From Selaginella moellendorffii (taxonomy: Eukaryota; Plantae; Lycopodiophyta), in contig NW_003314314.1 in the NCBI RefSeq assembly GCF_000143415.4, positions 439,771 through 503,770 on the forward strand: 64,000 nt of DNA, in the 5' to 3' direction. The position numbers and the translations under genes were made by a program. The notes under the pieces were generated by a model. The model was not told where the DNA came from, did no database searches, and was given only the letters and a program-made list of their open reading frames with translations. This document shows, one piece after another, positions 11,931 through 24,382 of the stretch; within the stretch, counting starts at the first letter, position 1; each line of letters begins with the position of its first letter.

Positions 11931-12305
11931 ATGACTGTATTATATATCTTGATTTTAGTTTTGTGTTTGCAAAATGCATCATCGTCTAGTATTTGTCCTG
12001 ATAATGAGGTGTTAGGCAAGGTAAGATATAGTACAGCTGTAGCTTCTCCAGGTCAAGGTTTTCATATTCCCCTGCATGAAGCCTTTGACGAACTTCTTCC
12101 ACTTCACAACCACGAAAAAAAGATACAAATTGGCTCTATGTATGCTACCTCACAGTGCTCAGAGGAGCTTGATATTGATGCATGTGCCTTTTGCTTATCT
12201 AATATTGCAGCCTCAATGGAAAGGATTTATCCAGTTCCTCTTGGAGCAAGCTCTTGTTCTGCAGGGGGTGAATGTTATCTCCGCTATGAGACATATAAAT
12301 TTTAA
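11931..12305 (+). CDS. Secreted single-domain Gnk2/DUF26 (ginkbilobin-2-like) protein
   Basis: Hydrophobic signal MTVLYILILVLCLQNA; C-X8-C-X2-C (QCSEELDIDACAFC); terminal CYLRYE; intronless. Confidence 0.85.
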   Translation: MTVLYILILVLCLQNASSSSICPDNEVLGKVRYSTAVASPGQGFHIPLHEAFDELLPLHNHEKKIQIGSMYATSQCSEELDIDACAFCLSNIAASMERIYPVPLGASSCSAGGECYLRYETYKF

Positions 12306-12450
12306 ATTCCAAACTTGAAATAATCATTCAAAAATATTAAGAACCAATGCTGTCTTTGATTAATAACTAGTAAATTAATAAATAATGAGTGATTGGATCT
12401 TAAACAAATCCTAAAAGAAAATGGCATTCATGCCCTAGCCTTGTAGCGCC

Positions 12451-14309
12451 ATGGAGGCTCTCGTCGCATCGATCGGAGCTTCTTCATCTCAGTCGCCCTC
12501 TTGTCACGACAAGAAATCGGCCAGGTATGTCCCCGCGGCAATGCAGCCCTCGAGGAATCGAGCATCGCCGCTCCCTAGGCTGGCAGCAGCTCGTCGCGAT
12601 GATCAAGCAGCTACCGCGGCCAGGATTACGAGCGAGCAAGGATCTGCCGCTCCCGCCAAGGAATTCCGGGGGATCCTCGCCTCTCCTGGGCTGCATTTGG
12701 GCCCGGCATGCCACGACGCGCTCAGCGCCAAGCTCGTCCAAAACGCGGGCTTCAAATTCACGTTTATGAGCGGTACGCGTGTCTGTTCTTCGTGTTCTTC
12801 TTCTTACACAGCACTCTTGTTTTTTTTCTCTACTTCGTCCAGGCTTTGGCGTGTCTGCCTCTAGACTAGCTTGTCCAGACACTGGGCTTATTTCTTATGG
12901 AGAGATGGTCGATCAAGGAAGGAACATCACGGCGGCCGTGTCCATCCCCGTCATAGGAGATGGCGACGCTGGCTATGGAAATGCCATGAACGTTAAGAGG
13001 ACTGTAAAGGGGTACATACAAGCTGGTTTCGCAGGAATTCTTCTGGAAGATCAGGTAACAAGAGATTTTGCTTCTGTTTCGCTAGCACAGTCTGTGGTTT
13101 TGAACTACTGTTTTACAGATATTGCCCAAGGCCTGCGGTCACACAACTGGAAGGGAAGTTGTGTCGAGGCAGGAGGCGATTGCGCGAGTCAAAGCTGCGG
13201 TCGATGCTCGAGAAGAGTCAGGAGAGGATTTAGTGATAGTTGCAAGGTCTGATGCTCGCCAGGCGGTTTCTTTGGAGGAAGCGCTGTGGCGAGCGGAGGC
13301 ATTTGCCGATGCGGGAGCTGACGTGCTTTTCATCGACGCTTTGATGTCGAAAGAGGAGATGCGGAAGTTTTGTGGCCGTGTTCCAGCCGTGCCGAAGCTG
13401 GTAAGCTTTTTCGTTTCGTCCATTTTTGTCAATGTTGTATTGTTTGTTTTGTTCGAGTTTCAGGCTAACATGCTCGAGGGAGGAGGGAAAACACCGCTGT
13501 TGGCACCGATCGAGATTGAAGAAATCGGGTATAAGATTGTAGCCTATCCACTGTCCTTACTTGGGGTCTCAATTCGCGCAATGCAGGTTGGTGTGATGGT
13601 TTTCCTTTCCTTTCTTCTCGTTTGATTGCCGTGGAAAACAGGATGCTTTGGTTGCTCTTAAAAGTGGACGATTTCCCAGCAAAGTTCCTGCGTTTGACGA
13701 AGTGAAAGACGTAGTGGGATTCAATCGCTATTACGATGAGGAGAAGCGCTACTTTGGTGAGGGGTGTTGGTGTGCAGTACTTTCATCCCTTGTCTATAAT
13801 CATAATTGTTGCAGGTATCAGCAAAAGCAGGAGAACATCTGAAACCGCTAATAACTTCAGCACGAAAGAAGAAACACCATTCCACGATAAGCAAAGTTCG
13901 ACTGTGCAAGTTATCACTCCGGAAGTTTTAGAAGAAGATTCTGATTCCGACTGGGCAAAGAAAAGCAGCAATCTGCTTGGAATTTGGTCGCGTGTTCTAC
14001 GAGTTAAAATAACAGGGAGCAGTGGAATAGTGAAGCTCGATGTCAGAATTCCTGTGAGTGATATTACTTTCCACCGATTGCAAGACTTACGTTCCGTTCT
14101 GCAGGCTGGGTTTCTCGATGGTCTGGCTAAAACAATACCTGGTACTAAGGTTTTTAATTGGGTAACCATTACATGCCTGCATCTTTGCAGGTGTTGCTGG
14201 GATAAATTTCAAGGAGATACTCGATAACGCGTCGTCTCCCACCAGCGGCCAGCAGCTCCTTGATATTGAGGATAAGCAAGGGGATCGGATCCAAATATTT
14301 TTCGAGTGA
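12451..14309 (+). CDS. PEP mutase/isocitrate lyase superfamily protein, probably plastid-targeted
   Basis: ACHDALSAKLV, IPVIGDGDAGYG, ILLEDQ, PKACGH, IVARSDAR, AGADVLFID; N-terminal transit-like sequence. Confidence 0.92.
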
Positions 14310-14690
14310 GGCGTTTGGCGAGCTCAGTAGCAAAGTGCACAGCAAGGCTGCATGCAGTGCGCAACATGACTTACTTTATCGCATTGCCACTAAAAGGTAC
14401 ATAGAACTACTCTCGCTCTCTCTAAATTGATTGAGAGTTCTACTGCGACAGGAAATTATAAAAATGTTTCGAGGACCCGAAATGAAGGACTGCTGTTGAG
14501 CGGCAGAGTTTACTGTACGACTTCTTTGTTTCGCTTTCCTCTTTCACATTTCTCTTCATTTCTCTCTATGAGATGGGCATAAGCAGCGAAGAGAATAAGT
14601 ATGATCTGGCTTGTGTTTGCATTCAGTCATTTAGATTAGTTATCACATAGTTTTTTTCATACAGGTCATAACCCGATAAGGTTGCAGAGT

Positions 14691-16103
14691 ATGTGGGCGT
14701 TGCTTAAGATTCATTCTGGAGTGTTTTCTCCTGTAAGAATTTTCTACGCTGGTGCTTCCAGGGCAGTCAGACGCCACGCACAACCAGGTAAACTCAAATT
14801 TGGATGATCTCTGCGGCTGAGGTTTGATGGTATTTTTGCAGCGTCTGCAGTACTGATTGATCCATTGGTTTCAAGTGCTTGGCTAGAGAAAAACTTGTAC
14901 AACGTGTCTATTCTGGATGTCCGAGGTCAGCATTACCCTGCATCTCACTGCGTGACTTTGTTGGTCCCTAGGAATTGTTGACACAAAGACACTGTCTAAG
15001 GGAGTGGAAAAGTCGGACTACATCGCCTGCTACGACGATTATCTCTCAGGCCACATTCCCGGAGCAGTGTTTTTCAATTGGGTAAATTTTTCGTTTTTGT
15101 TATTGATGTTTTCCTTTTCTAACTCGGTATCTATTTTGCCGAACCAGCTTACAGATGGAATCGACATAAGCCAATCCGAAGTGTCTTGTAGACAACTAAC
15201 AAATGACACTGCTAAGTTCTCCGCGGTGGTATGTATTAATATACTTGGAATTCCACATTTATAGGCAGTTCTTTTCAGGTAGAAGCCAAAGGAGTGTCAT
15301 CTGAAAAGCCAGTAGTCGTTTACGATGATTGCGATTGCCTTTTGGCTTGCTGGTTATGGTGGTCTCTTGTAAGACACGGCCACGAGCGTGTGCATGTCCT
15401 CGACGGAGGATACAAAAAGGTTCTGAATGTTATATTTTCTTTGTACTTCCTTGGAGTAACTCTATGTTGTACAGTGGACGGCAGAGGGAAGAGCAACTGA
15501 ACTCTACGAGCCTTGTCCTCTGAAGGTTAATATTGTTCATTCCAGCTACTATAACTTATCGATGTTATGGCAGATTTATGGAGATTTCAAGCCATCAAAT
15601 CCAAGGCCTTTCACTTCAGTCACTTGTGATGAGATTCTTGAGCTCTTGTCGACAAAAGACCAGAGTATAGCATTTGTGGACGCTCGAAACTTAGAACAGT
15701 ACTCGGGACATGTTAGGAGATCCAAGCGTGCCGGAAGAATTCCAGGTGCCATCAGCATTCCAAGAAAGGTGCGTCGATGCATTCTTTTGCGTGTAATATA
15801 TTCAGCAAGGTCTTCACCAGAGCTTGATTACTACCAATGGGATCTTTAAGACAATAGACGAACTGCGAGAAGTGTTCCTTAATGCTGGACTCAACCCGGC
15901 GCAGCAAAAGAGACTAGTAAGTAGAATCAAAATGGAAATGCTCTACCTATTAACTTTCTCTAGCTCAGATTTTCTACTGCAATGGAGGAGTAGCATCTTG
16001 CAGCGTCTTACTATCATGGCACCGGATTGGTGGCAAGCTCTGGTCAAATTACAGTGGCAGCTGGAACGAATGGGGTAACAGAGAGGACGTTCCTGTTGAG
16101 TAA
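14691..16103 (+). CDS. Two-domain rhodanese/3-mercaptopyruvate sulfurtransferase
   Basis: LVSSAWL, ILDVRG, YLSGHIPGA, VHVLDGG, VDAR, GRIPGAISIP, FYCNGGVAS, YSGSWNEW; start codon tentative. Confidence 0.88.
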
Positions 16104-16720
16104 GTAGTATCGAATTAATTTGGACAACTTGCTTTTGCGTAACTCAGCTGATTTCTGTTCAGGTCATAGATCACCATGTAGACAAGCAACCAACATGCAT
16201 GCTCGTTCCAAGGATGCCCAAGTCCGCGTTTGGGCCATCAGGTTCTTTAATCTTAACACAAGTGTGAGCACCGAAAAGGTAGCTCACTTGAAACGGGGTG
16301 CGAGCGGCACCGAAGTAAAATGAGCAAAGGAAGGCTTTTCAGCGACTGCCCTTCGTTGTAGTGGTAACACAGGGGACTGTCCAAAGCTTTGGAAGCCTGC
16401 GTTAGCGCTCTATCAAACGCGATTTGCACACTGGTGAGGAGGTCTTCCAGCTTCTTGGCTGGAAGAAGCACCGGAATCGAAGATAAGTCGAACTGATGCT
16501 AAGATGAAGTCGCTCAAGCAAGTGGAATGGATTTTTCACAGGCATGCCGGTTGGAAGGGCAAGCTTGAAGAGTATAGATGGGCTCCGGATTTCTACAGTG
16601 GAGGGAAATTCAATACAAAGTGAAAATGGATTGTTCATTCCTTGGCCAGAAGAACATGGAGAGGATGCAATAAAAGCAGTACAAACTTTTCTCATTCTAT
16701 ACCATTAACCAGGAATTAGT

Positions 16721-16830
16721 CTAGATGATCCAAAATTTATATTGCCTGTTGAAGATGCCTAGAAGAGCTCTTGGAAGATCTAGATGTTGCTTTCAAGATT
16801 GTTATGGCTGTAAGAAGTTTAGATAGTTGG
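16721..16830 (+). repeat. Dispersed repeat, diverged copy of 22499-22625
   Basis: gatgatccaaaat...gaagatg...gaagagc...ttcaa(g/a)attgttatggctg(t/c)aagaagt at both sites. Confidence 0.75.
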
Positions 16831-17599
16831 TAGACTAGACTCATTGTGGCTATTGGGTTAGTAAAAAATAAAACTCAAAAATAAATAAAACTAATACAAC
16901 ATTGAATTGATCTTTATGATAATATAAGTTTAATAATATTATTTAGTAACTTCAAATATGACATTTAAGGAGTGATTAAGCAGTGCTAGAATCTCTAACT
17001 TCTGTCTAGAAACTTCTACACGAAAAATATTTCTTTATAAAGTTTTTTGCTATTATTATTGGTCAAATCAACAGTTAAAGAAAAATTATAAGAAAAATTG
17101 TTATTTAAACAGAAAGGAAAATGTAATTCTATTATTTCCAGTGTGTAAGTATCATAATTATTTGTGTCCCAGATTTTAAAGATTTCACTACAATGCTAAA
17201 ATCAATATATTAAAATTTACAGCTACAAACTATACAATTCACTTTAAATCTATTTAAAAGAGGTATATATGGGATTCATGGTTAAGATAAAATTATCAAT
17301 CCAGGGTATTAAATTATAAAGTTTTATGTTAAATTTTGTGAGTTTGGCAAGTTTTCATAGTAATTATTGATAATAGTAAATATTATAAATGAATTTATAT
17401 TCCATATAAAAGATACTTTCATCCATTTTAGTGGGTTTTATGGTTGTAACCCTTCTCTACCATGATTGTTCTTTTTCTCGGTGCTACAATTGTAAGTCTA
17501 TAATGAGAAGGTATCTTTTGACATAAAATAGTTATATGATGGACAAGTGAAAATTTTGTGTTTAAATTAAGATGGTGAAAAAATTAAGAATTCACACCT

Positions 17600-19050
17600 A
17601 AGTTATAAAAGGCATGCAAAATCCTTAACTTAACATTGTTTTTGCACTTAAAGTTAGGAATATTAATGTAAGACTAAAATCCCTAAGTGGTAAAATAGAG
17701 CTAAAGGTGTGTCATGTGCTAAAGCAAAAGTTTAATAAATGTAACACATTTGGACCAAAAACTCTAACTCAAAAAGTTAAGAATGTGAATAGAATTCCTA
17801 AAAAAGGGTTTGAGAAACAAGCATCAAGTAATTAATAAATGAGTCTCTAGAAAAAGAAAAAAAAAAAAGAAGAAGGATTGACATATGACAAATGTTATAA
17901 TATGTAGAAGTGTTGAGATTGAATCTAGGATTAAGTCCAAGATCAAATCTAACATTAAATTTAAAATTAAGTTCAAAACTAAAATTGAGACTGAGACCAA
18001 AACTAAGACTGAAATTGAAACTGAATCCAATAGATGAAAGCCCAAAGTAATCATCTCTTACACTTTAAAGGATTTAGTGAGTCCTTACAAAATGATAGGA
18101 GGAGGACTACAAGAAAATTAATGTGGGCCAAAAAAGTTAGTGTAACAAAAGGATATACTCACGTGGTGGATGATAATATAAACATTAGGGAGTTTAAGAT
18201 TATAATGAATATGGATAAACAAAAAATGTGACTTGGTGAAGTATTTAAAAGTTAGTTTTAGATTCTTTAAGAAATCGAATGGTCAATATTTCCAATTTAA
18301 GTATAGGTTGCACTACTTACTTAAATATTTTGTATGGCTCATTAGAACCTTGATTTAGCTATATAGTTGGGGCTAGAGTACTTAGACAATTTATGTTTAG
18401 CCATAGTATTTTGAAATGTCATTATAAAGTCCTTAACAATAAAAAGGAAGAGGAGTCACATTTTTGCTTAATAACTAAAGGTATAGTTACATAGTGTAAT
18501 AAGTCTTAAAGATTAGTAGGATTTAGTGGTCATGATGTTAGCGAGTACTATTATGGATTAAGGGTTTAGTGGGGATTGAATAAAGGATATTGGAGAATGT
18601 TATTCCTTATGTTTTGGGGCATTTTAAGGATGTTAATAATTAGTCATAGTATAATCATTCATGAATGAAATATTTAGTTTTGAAGAAATGGGATTGTGGC
18701 ATATAGTTTTTTACTACCAATAAAATAGTGAAGATGGATATAATTTTAACATAAGAGGTTCGTATTTCAACTTTTAGCTGTTTAAAATGAAATTAAACAC
18801 ATGGAACACTTAGATTGAATGCAAAATTAAAATAACCTTGAGATCACTTATAAGAGTTAGTAAATAACCCAAATTGGGATGAAGATCTATAGAGATTATG
18901 AGTGAAACTCCTTCAAGTAATTTAAAGTGTGGTTAATTGGATAAAGTAGAATAGAAAATTTAGTCAATTATAATTAACAAAAAAGTCATCCTACTATTGC
19001 AAGAATTAGATCTTGGGTTTATTTATAAATATGACATCATGCCTCTTAAG
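17600..19050. mobile_element. Heavily decayed, AT-shifted copy of the LTR-like element at ~59210-61270
   Basis: Collinear anchors: aaaatcccta, gtaacacatttgga, eroded GAGATGGAGTCC/GAGACC minisatellite, tgaaagcccaaag, tgagtgaaactcct..aagtgtggttaa..aaagtagaat. Confidence 0.8.
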
Positions 19051-19954
19051 TTGGGAAGATGGTCTAGAAACATAGTAATAATCTCTTCAGGAATATTATG
19101 GTTTTTGAACGTTGTAAATTTATCTATTGGAAATCATTGTAAAGAATTTTAAATATATTTAAACTCATATATATATGTTTTTAAATAAATTGTCTAAAAT
19201 CTAATTGACATTTTGTTATGCCTTTAAAATCCATATGAATGACTATGAAAGTGTTATATGCCACGGCTAAAGGTTATGGCATTTTCACCACCACTTTATT
19301 ATTGTGTTTTAGAATTACAAAATAAAAGCTACACTATAATGCAATTAATTTGGATGAAGTGTTGTTTGCTTTTTGACAAACTAAGTATGAAAAAGCCCAA
19401 ATGTGTTAGATTCCATATTGTAGTTATCAATAATTAGCTGTTGTGCAATGCAATAATACCATGTAATAATTTCCTCTAAATGTCTCTTTTTGAAAAGAAA
19501 AGAAAATTCAAAATTAATATCCATTATAAAGATCCTTACACATACTGTTTAGTATCTCCGAATTTAAATTATTTCCAAGTTCTATATAAACATTGCATCA
19601 TTAAGTAACAAGAGTTAGTGGGGAAAACAAAAAAAGAATAGAATGTACTAACATTTAAATGAATTGAGGAGACAATGGTATAATAACGTGATAAAAGAAT
19701 ATAATTGTAATGAATCTAAAAATATATTATAACTTTTATAGAAATTACTTTCTGAATTAGTTTTGTGATGTCATCACATATATTTCATAATAAAACTTGT
19801 AGAAATTTACTTTTTGCTAAAAATAGTTAAGTTTCATGAATAATTTTTTTTCATAACTTTTTATTATACAAAGCTCGAGCTAAGCAACCACGAGCAGCGC
19901 TTGAAAAGTCTGCCATCATTGGTTACTCAGGCTGGATCATGCAAGACCTACGGA

Positions 19955-20530
19955 ATGGTGGTAGAGCACCTCTGCGCAAGGAATACGCTCCTGCCGCCGC
20001 AGGACGCTGTGCTCGAGGGGAGGATGACGGTTGCGCTGGATCTGGACAACACACTCGTCTCCTCCACGTCAATTCTGCTGCACCGGCGGAGCCAGTGTGA
20101 TTTCGAGGTGAGAGATAATGGCAGTCGCAAGTGCATCAAGAAGCGACCGCATCTCGACGAGTTTCTGGACGCCCTGGCGCTGTTTGCCGAGGTTGTGCTC
20201 TTCAGCTCGGCCCCCTACGCAGCTCGATCCTCGCGGGACTCGCTTCCGATACGTTCTTGGCCTGAGTGATTGCACGCTGTGGCACGACACCCGCTCGGCA
20301 AGGAGGCGCTGTTCAAGGATCTGGCCATCCTCGGCAGGGACTTGCGCAAGGTTGTGCTGGTGGACGACGACCCTGGCTTCTTTTGCCAACCTGGGAGTGG
20401 CAACGAGATTGTGATTGGGAAGTTCACTGGGCAGAGGAGCGACGACGAGCTTCTCAAGCCACTTCCTGTGTTGCAGTCTCTGGCACAGCTCGACGACGTG
20501 AGGCCTGCTGTAGCCTCAAGCACAAGGTAA
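19955..20530 (+). pseudogene. NIF/SCP1-like CTD small phosphatase pseudogene
   Basis: TVALDLDNTLV (DxDxT), KKRPHLDEFL, KDLAILGRDLRKVVLVDD, DDELL..DDVR; internal deletions and a stop, no introns. Confidence 0.85.
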
Positions 20531-20784
20531 TAATAGTTCACTTGTTCTCGATCTAAAAGCTTCAATGGTGTTGGTTTTCTACGTAGTTGTGAGAGGTCAA
20601 GGCCTGAAGAGACGTGGCGAATGGCTATAGAGGACAAGTATTCGAGGAAGTTGTTTTCATGTTAAGGTTTGGTGAAGTTGACGATTAGCCAGAACTAAGA
20701 CTTGTTTGGTGAAGTTGACTCAAAGCAACGTGGGGTTTCTTATTTGATCCATTTGATGCAGAAGGAAACAAACCCGGAAGCGGG

Positions 20785-20975
20785 TATATCCAAACGCTGG
20801 CAGCAAGAGACATCATGACCATCGTCGCGTGTGAAGGGCTAGTGGACACGTATCACATCTGGGATGCTCGGGTGAAGCGAGCAGGCTTCGAAGGGGTGGC
20901 AGTGACGGAGGAGATTTACGAGAAAGTGAGTGGCGCCTGCACGAGCAGGAACAAAGAAGTTAAAGAAAGAATGTA
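20785..20975 (+). pseudogene. GRAS transcription factor C-terminal fragment
   Basis: ARDIMTIVACEGL..TYHIWDARVKRAGF matches the GRAS PFYRE/SAW region. Confidence 0.75.
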
Positions 20976-21079
20976 GCTGGTTACAGGCACAGGGTGGATG
21001 AATGGTGTTTGAAGCGCGCTAGCTTCTCAATCGGCTTCCAGACGCTCAAAGCATTCAAAACTACGTCTTTCTCGTCCAT

Positions 21080-21950
21080 TCAGCAAGTCAAGTTCTCGCA
21101 AATGGACATGACCATCTCGAGCCAGGCGGTCCCAGGTTTTGCACGAGGAGATGCGCTCCACATATCCATGAAGTCAAGCTGCGACTGGTCGATCAACCCG
21201 AGCTTCATCGTCTCCTCGAACGACTCCAGCCTCGCCAGGAAGCTCCTCCAGGCCCTGTCGAAGCGGTGGATAAAAAATGGAGAGCTTATGTCAGCGTGCA
21301 CCACGGACTGGAACAACATAACAGGCTTGAAGCTGAGGATCTTCTCGAAGAAGAGCTTCCGGGGCTGTCGATGATCCCGTCCTCGCAGACGTGCCACATC
21401 CAAAGGATGATATCTCGGCTGCGCTGACTCCCATGCCACGGTGGCGATGGAGTGCAACTCGAGGTGCATCCCACACGTAGTCGACCAGCCGGTTTTCTCG
21501 AGGTTGACACGGGACGGGAAGTTAATGCCGGTGATCTTGAATAGTGGCAGCCCCTCGGCTCTCTCGGACAGCGCCTTGATGAGCGACGGCCACTGATCGC
21601 CATAGAGGACCCCATAGTCAATTATGTGGACGCGCTTGGCAGGATCATCTGGTTGGTGAAGCGCTCCATGGCCCGGAGGCTGGGAAGATTCATCCGGATG
21701 GAGATACTCTGCATCCTCGTCACGTCCTGGTGCATCGCAGCGTACATCCGAGCTCCACACCCGGACAGCCTTCTCCACTGGACGCAACTGAGGTGAGGCT
21801 AAAGTTCTGATCTCTCTCACGAGCTCATGGACTTCGGTAGAATTGTTGGCAGCCACGGCGGGCGCAGTCCATGAGCTTTAAGCTGTGGAAAGAGACGGTG
21901 GAGGTGCGGAGGAAGAGAGGCGGCGTCCATGGACGAGGTACTGCTAGCAC
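21080..21950 (-). pseudogene. GRAS-domain pseudogene
   Basis: KRVHIIDYGVLYGDQWPSLIKALSERAEGLPLFKITGI (VHIID), SPFFIHRF; deletions and frameshifts. Confidence 0.85.
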
Positions 21951-22702
21951 AAGAATTTGGGGAGAGACAAGGAGACAATTTCCGTGAGCTCGCAGAGCAG
22001 TCTTTTGCCATTGCCACCACCACTCTTAATTCCAGATTTACTAAATAAAATTTGATTCGGTTGGAAGTTTAAGCAATCAATAAAGAATATTAACTATTGA
22101 TTAAATTATAAGATTAAAAATAATATGCTAAGAATATTCTTAAAACTCCCAAACAATATCAAATAAATATATAAGATAACTTTCTTAAAGACCAATAGAA
22201 GCACAATGAAGGTTGCCATCTTCTTTCTCCCTCTCATGTTTGTGAGCACTACTTTGAGAGTGGATATTTGTGAGCGCTACTTTGAGAGTGGATATGGAAG
22301 GATGTGAAAGATGCGATGGCTAAATTGTTTCTGGCAATTGATATCCTTCCAAAGGACAACTTGATTCGTTTAAGGGATTCAAGACTTGATCAAGTTTGAA
22401 TACAAATGGGCCAAGAGTGCAATTCAAAGCTAACAGCACAAGAAGTCTTTCAACAGGATTATGACACACACAATACTCCATATTATGGTAGACTTAATCT
22501 TGATGATCCAAAATCAAATTTGTCTGATGAAGATGAAAGACTGATGAGCCTGGAAGAGCCTTGCGAGATCTTGGAAGATGTTGTCTTCAAAATTGTTATG
22601 GCTGCAAGAAGTCCAGATGTTATAGAAACAGTTGTTGTAGTAAAATAGAAAAAAGTAAAACTAAAACATAGAAACTTTCAAGAAAATAAAGAATGAAAAT
22701 TT

Positions 22703-22950
22703 AAACTTCAGATCTTGTACTAGTGCATTATGCGGTCTAGAGAATAAATTCAAACTTCAGATCTTGTACTAATGCCATTATGCCGTCTACATTCTCTAGA
22801 GGAAAACTCGCCACCTTCTTCCTCAAGTCGAAATAACTGTAGAATTATCGGCTTCCTTTTTCACAAGACGAGTCAAAATAACTGTAGAATTATCGGCGAC
22901 GAGTCGAAATAACTGTAGAATTATCAATTTTCTTTTTCACAAGACAAGGC
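22703..22950 (+). repeat. Short tandem duplications downstream of the AKR
   Basis: aaacttcagatcttgtacta twice; agtc(g/a)aaataactgtagaattatc three times. Confidence 0.85.
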
Positions 22951-23081
22951 CTATGCAATGTTGTGTATAACCTTTTCAAGCAAACACCCAAATCCATATG
23001 TTAAGGTTGGGGAATATATTTCTCTTGAGCAAAGCAACAGACACACCAAATTTACAATGTTTTTATGTTTCTCGTTTCCAC

Positions 23082-24256
23082 CTATATGTTTTCTGCCTGC
23101 TCTACTTCGTCTTCTTTCACAGCTTGGAGTGGGGCGTTCTCTGAGAGGTAAGAGAAAGTGCCGTTGATAAGACGAACCTGTGGTTCCATGGCATTGATGG
23201 CCTTCCAATCATCGTCAGCCAAACACCAATCCAGGATGTCGATGTTGAGCTTGATCCTTTCGGGTGTCAAGCTCCGAGGAAGAACACTCGTCCCTCTTTG
23301 CAATCCCCATCGCAGTATCACCTGCAAGTGCACCAATACTTGAGAAAACTAGTGACGAAACAAGACACAAACTCGTACCTGGGCTGGAGTTTTCCCGAGT
23401 TCTTCAGCGATGGCTGCAACTACAGAAGCTTTGAGCATTGGACTGTTCACGGATTTGGTTCTTAAGAACGTCTTTCCTTCAGCGCTGGAGCTCTCACTGT
23501 TACTCGGGAGTTGCAAACTTCCAATGTTGGTGCCCGGAATCCCGAGCGGTGTGTGGGCCGAGACATGGATTCCTTTCCTCTTGCAGAACTCCACCAGATC
23601 GTCTTGCCTCCAAAAAGGATGTAACTCCACCTAAAAAATCCAATGAAGTGACAAAAGCTTTAGAGAATCCTTGAAGAAGAAAACAAACGACCCATCCATA
23701 CCTGGTTTACTGCTGGAACTATGAGACAAGAGCCCAAAAGCTCTTGAAGCTGTGAGATCCCAAAGTTGCTCACACCTATAGCTCGAACTTTGTTCGTGGC
23801 AAGCAACGCTTCCATGACTTGCCACGACTCTTTGATCTGTCTAACCTCTTCCCGATGCTCCAAGGCAGCAGCTGGAGGTGGATCGGTAGCGTCTCCCATC
23901 GGGGCTGGAGTCGGCCAATGGAGCAAGTAGAGATCCAGATAATCTAGCCCCAAGTTCCTAAGCGACGCATCCACGCACGTCTCAACATGCCGTGGGGTCT
24001 TGGCAGTGAACCACAGCTTGGAGGTCAGGAAGAGATCCTCGCGCTTGATCCCTCCTCCATCTCCAAGGATCTCCCTCAAGGCAAGGCCTACCTGGATCTC
24101 ATTACCATACAAATGCGAGCAATCTATGTGCCTGTATCCAGCCTCCAGCGCCGCAAACCTCACTGCTCTTGTGCACGCCTCGCCATCGGCCTCCCAGGTT
24201 CCAAGCCCAACCGCGGGAATCCTTGCACCGGTGTTGAGCGGGAAGAAATCCGTCAT
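23082..24256 (-). CDS. NADPH-dependent aldo-keto reductase, 3 exons
   Basis: LNTGARIPAVGLGTW, GYRHIDCSHLYGNE, LTSKLW, YLDLYLLHWP, IGVSNF, PAVNQ|VELHPFW, ILRWGLQRG; catalytic D/Y/K/H present. Confidence 0.95.
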
Positions 24257-24354
24257 GATCCTCGTCTACTCGCTCGCCATTCACTCAAGAACCCTAAAAA
24301 TCGGGCAATTTGGGGGCAGATCTTTTTCTTGGCGCCCAAAATTCAAATTAGGGC

Positions 24355-24366
24355 TTTCGCGCCAAA
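24355..24366. promoter_or_regulatory. Overlapping E2F-type sites about 100 bp upstream of the AKR ATG
   Basis: TTTCGCGCCAAA fits TTTSSCGS on both strands; telo-box-like AACCCTA at ~24290. Confidence 0.45.
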
Positions 24367-24382
24367 AATTTCAAGTTTTTGG

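Noticed and set aside
16253-16695. Minus-strand ORFs downstream of the sulfurtransferase
   Set aside because: Broken frames with no identifiable homology
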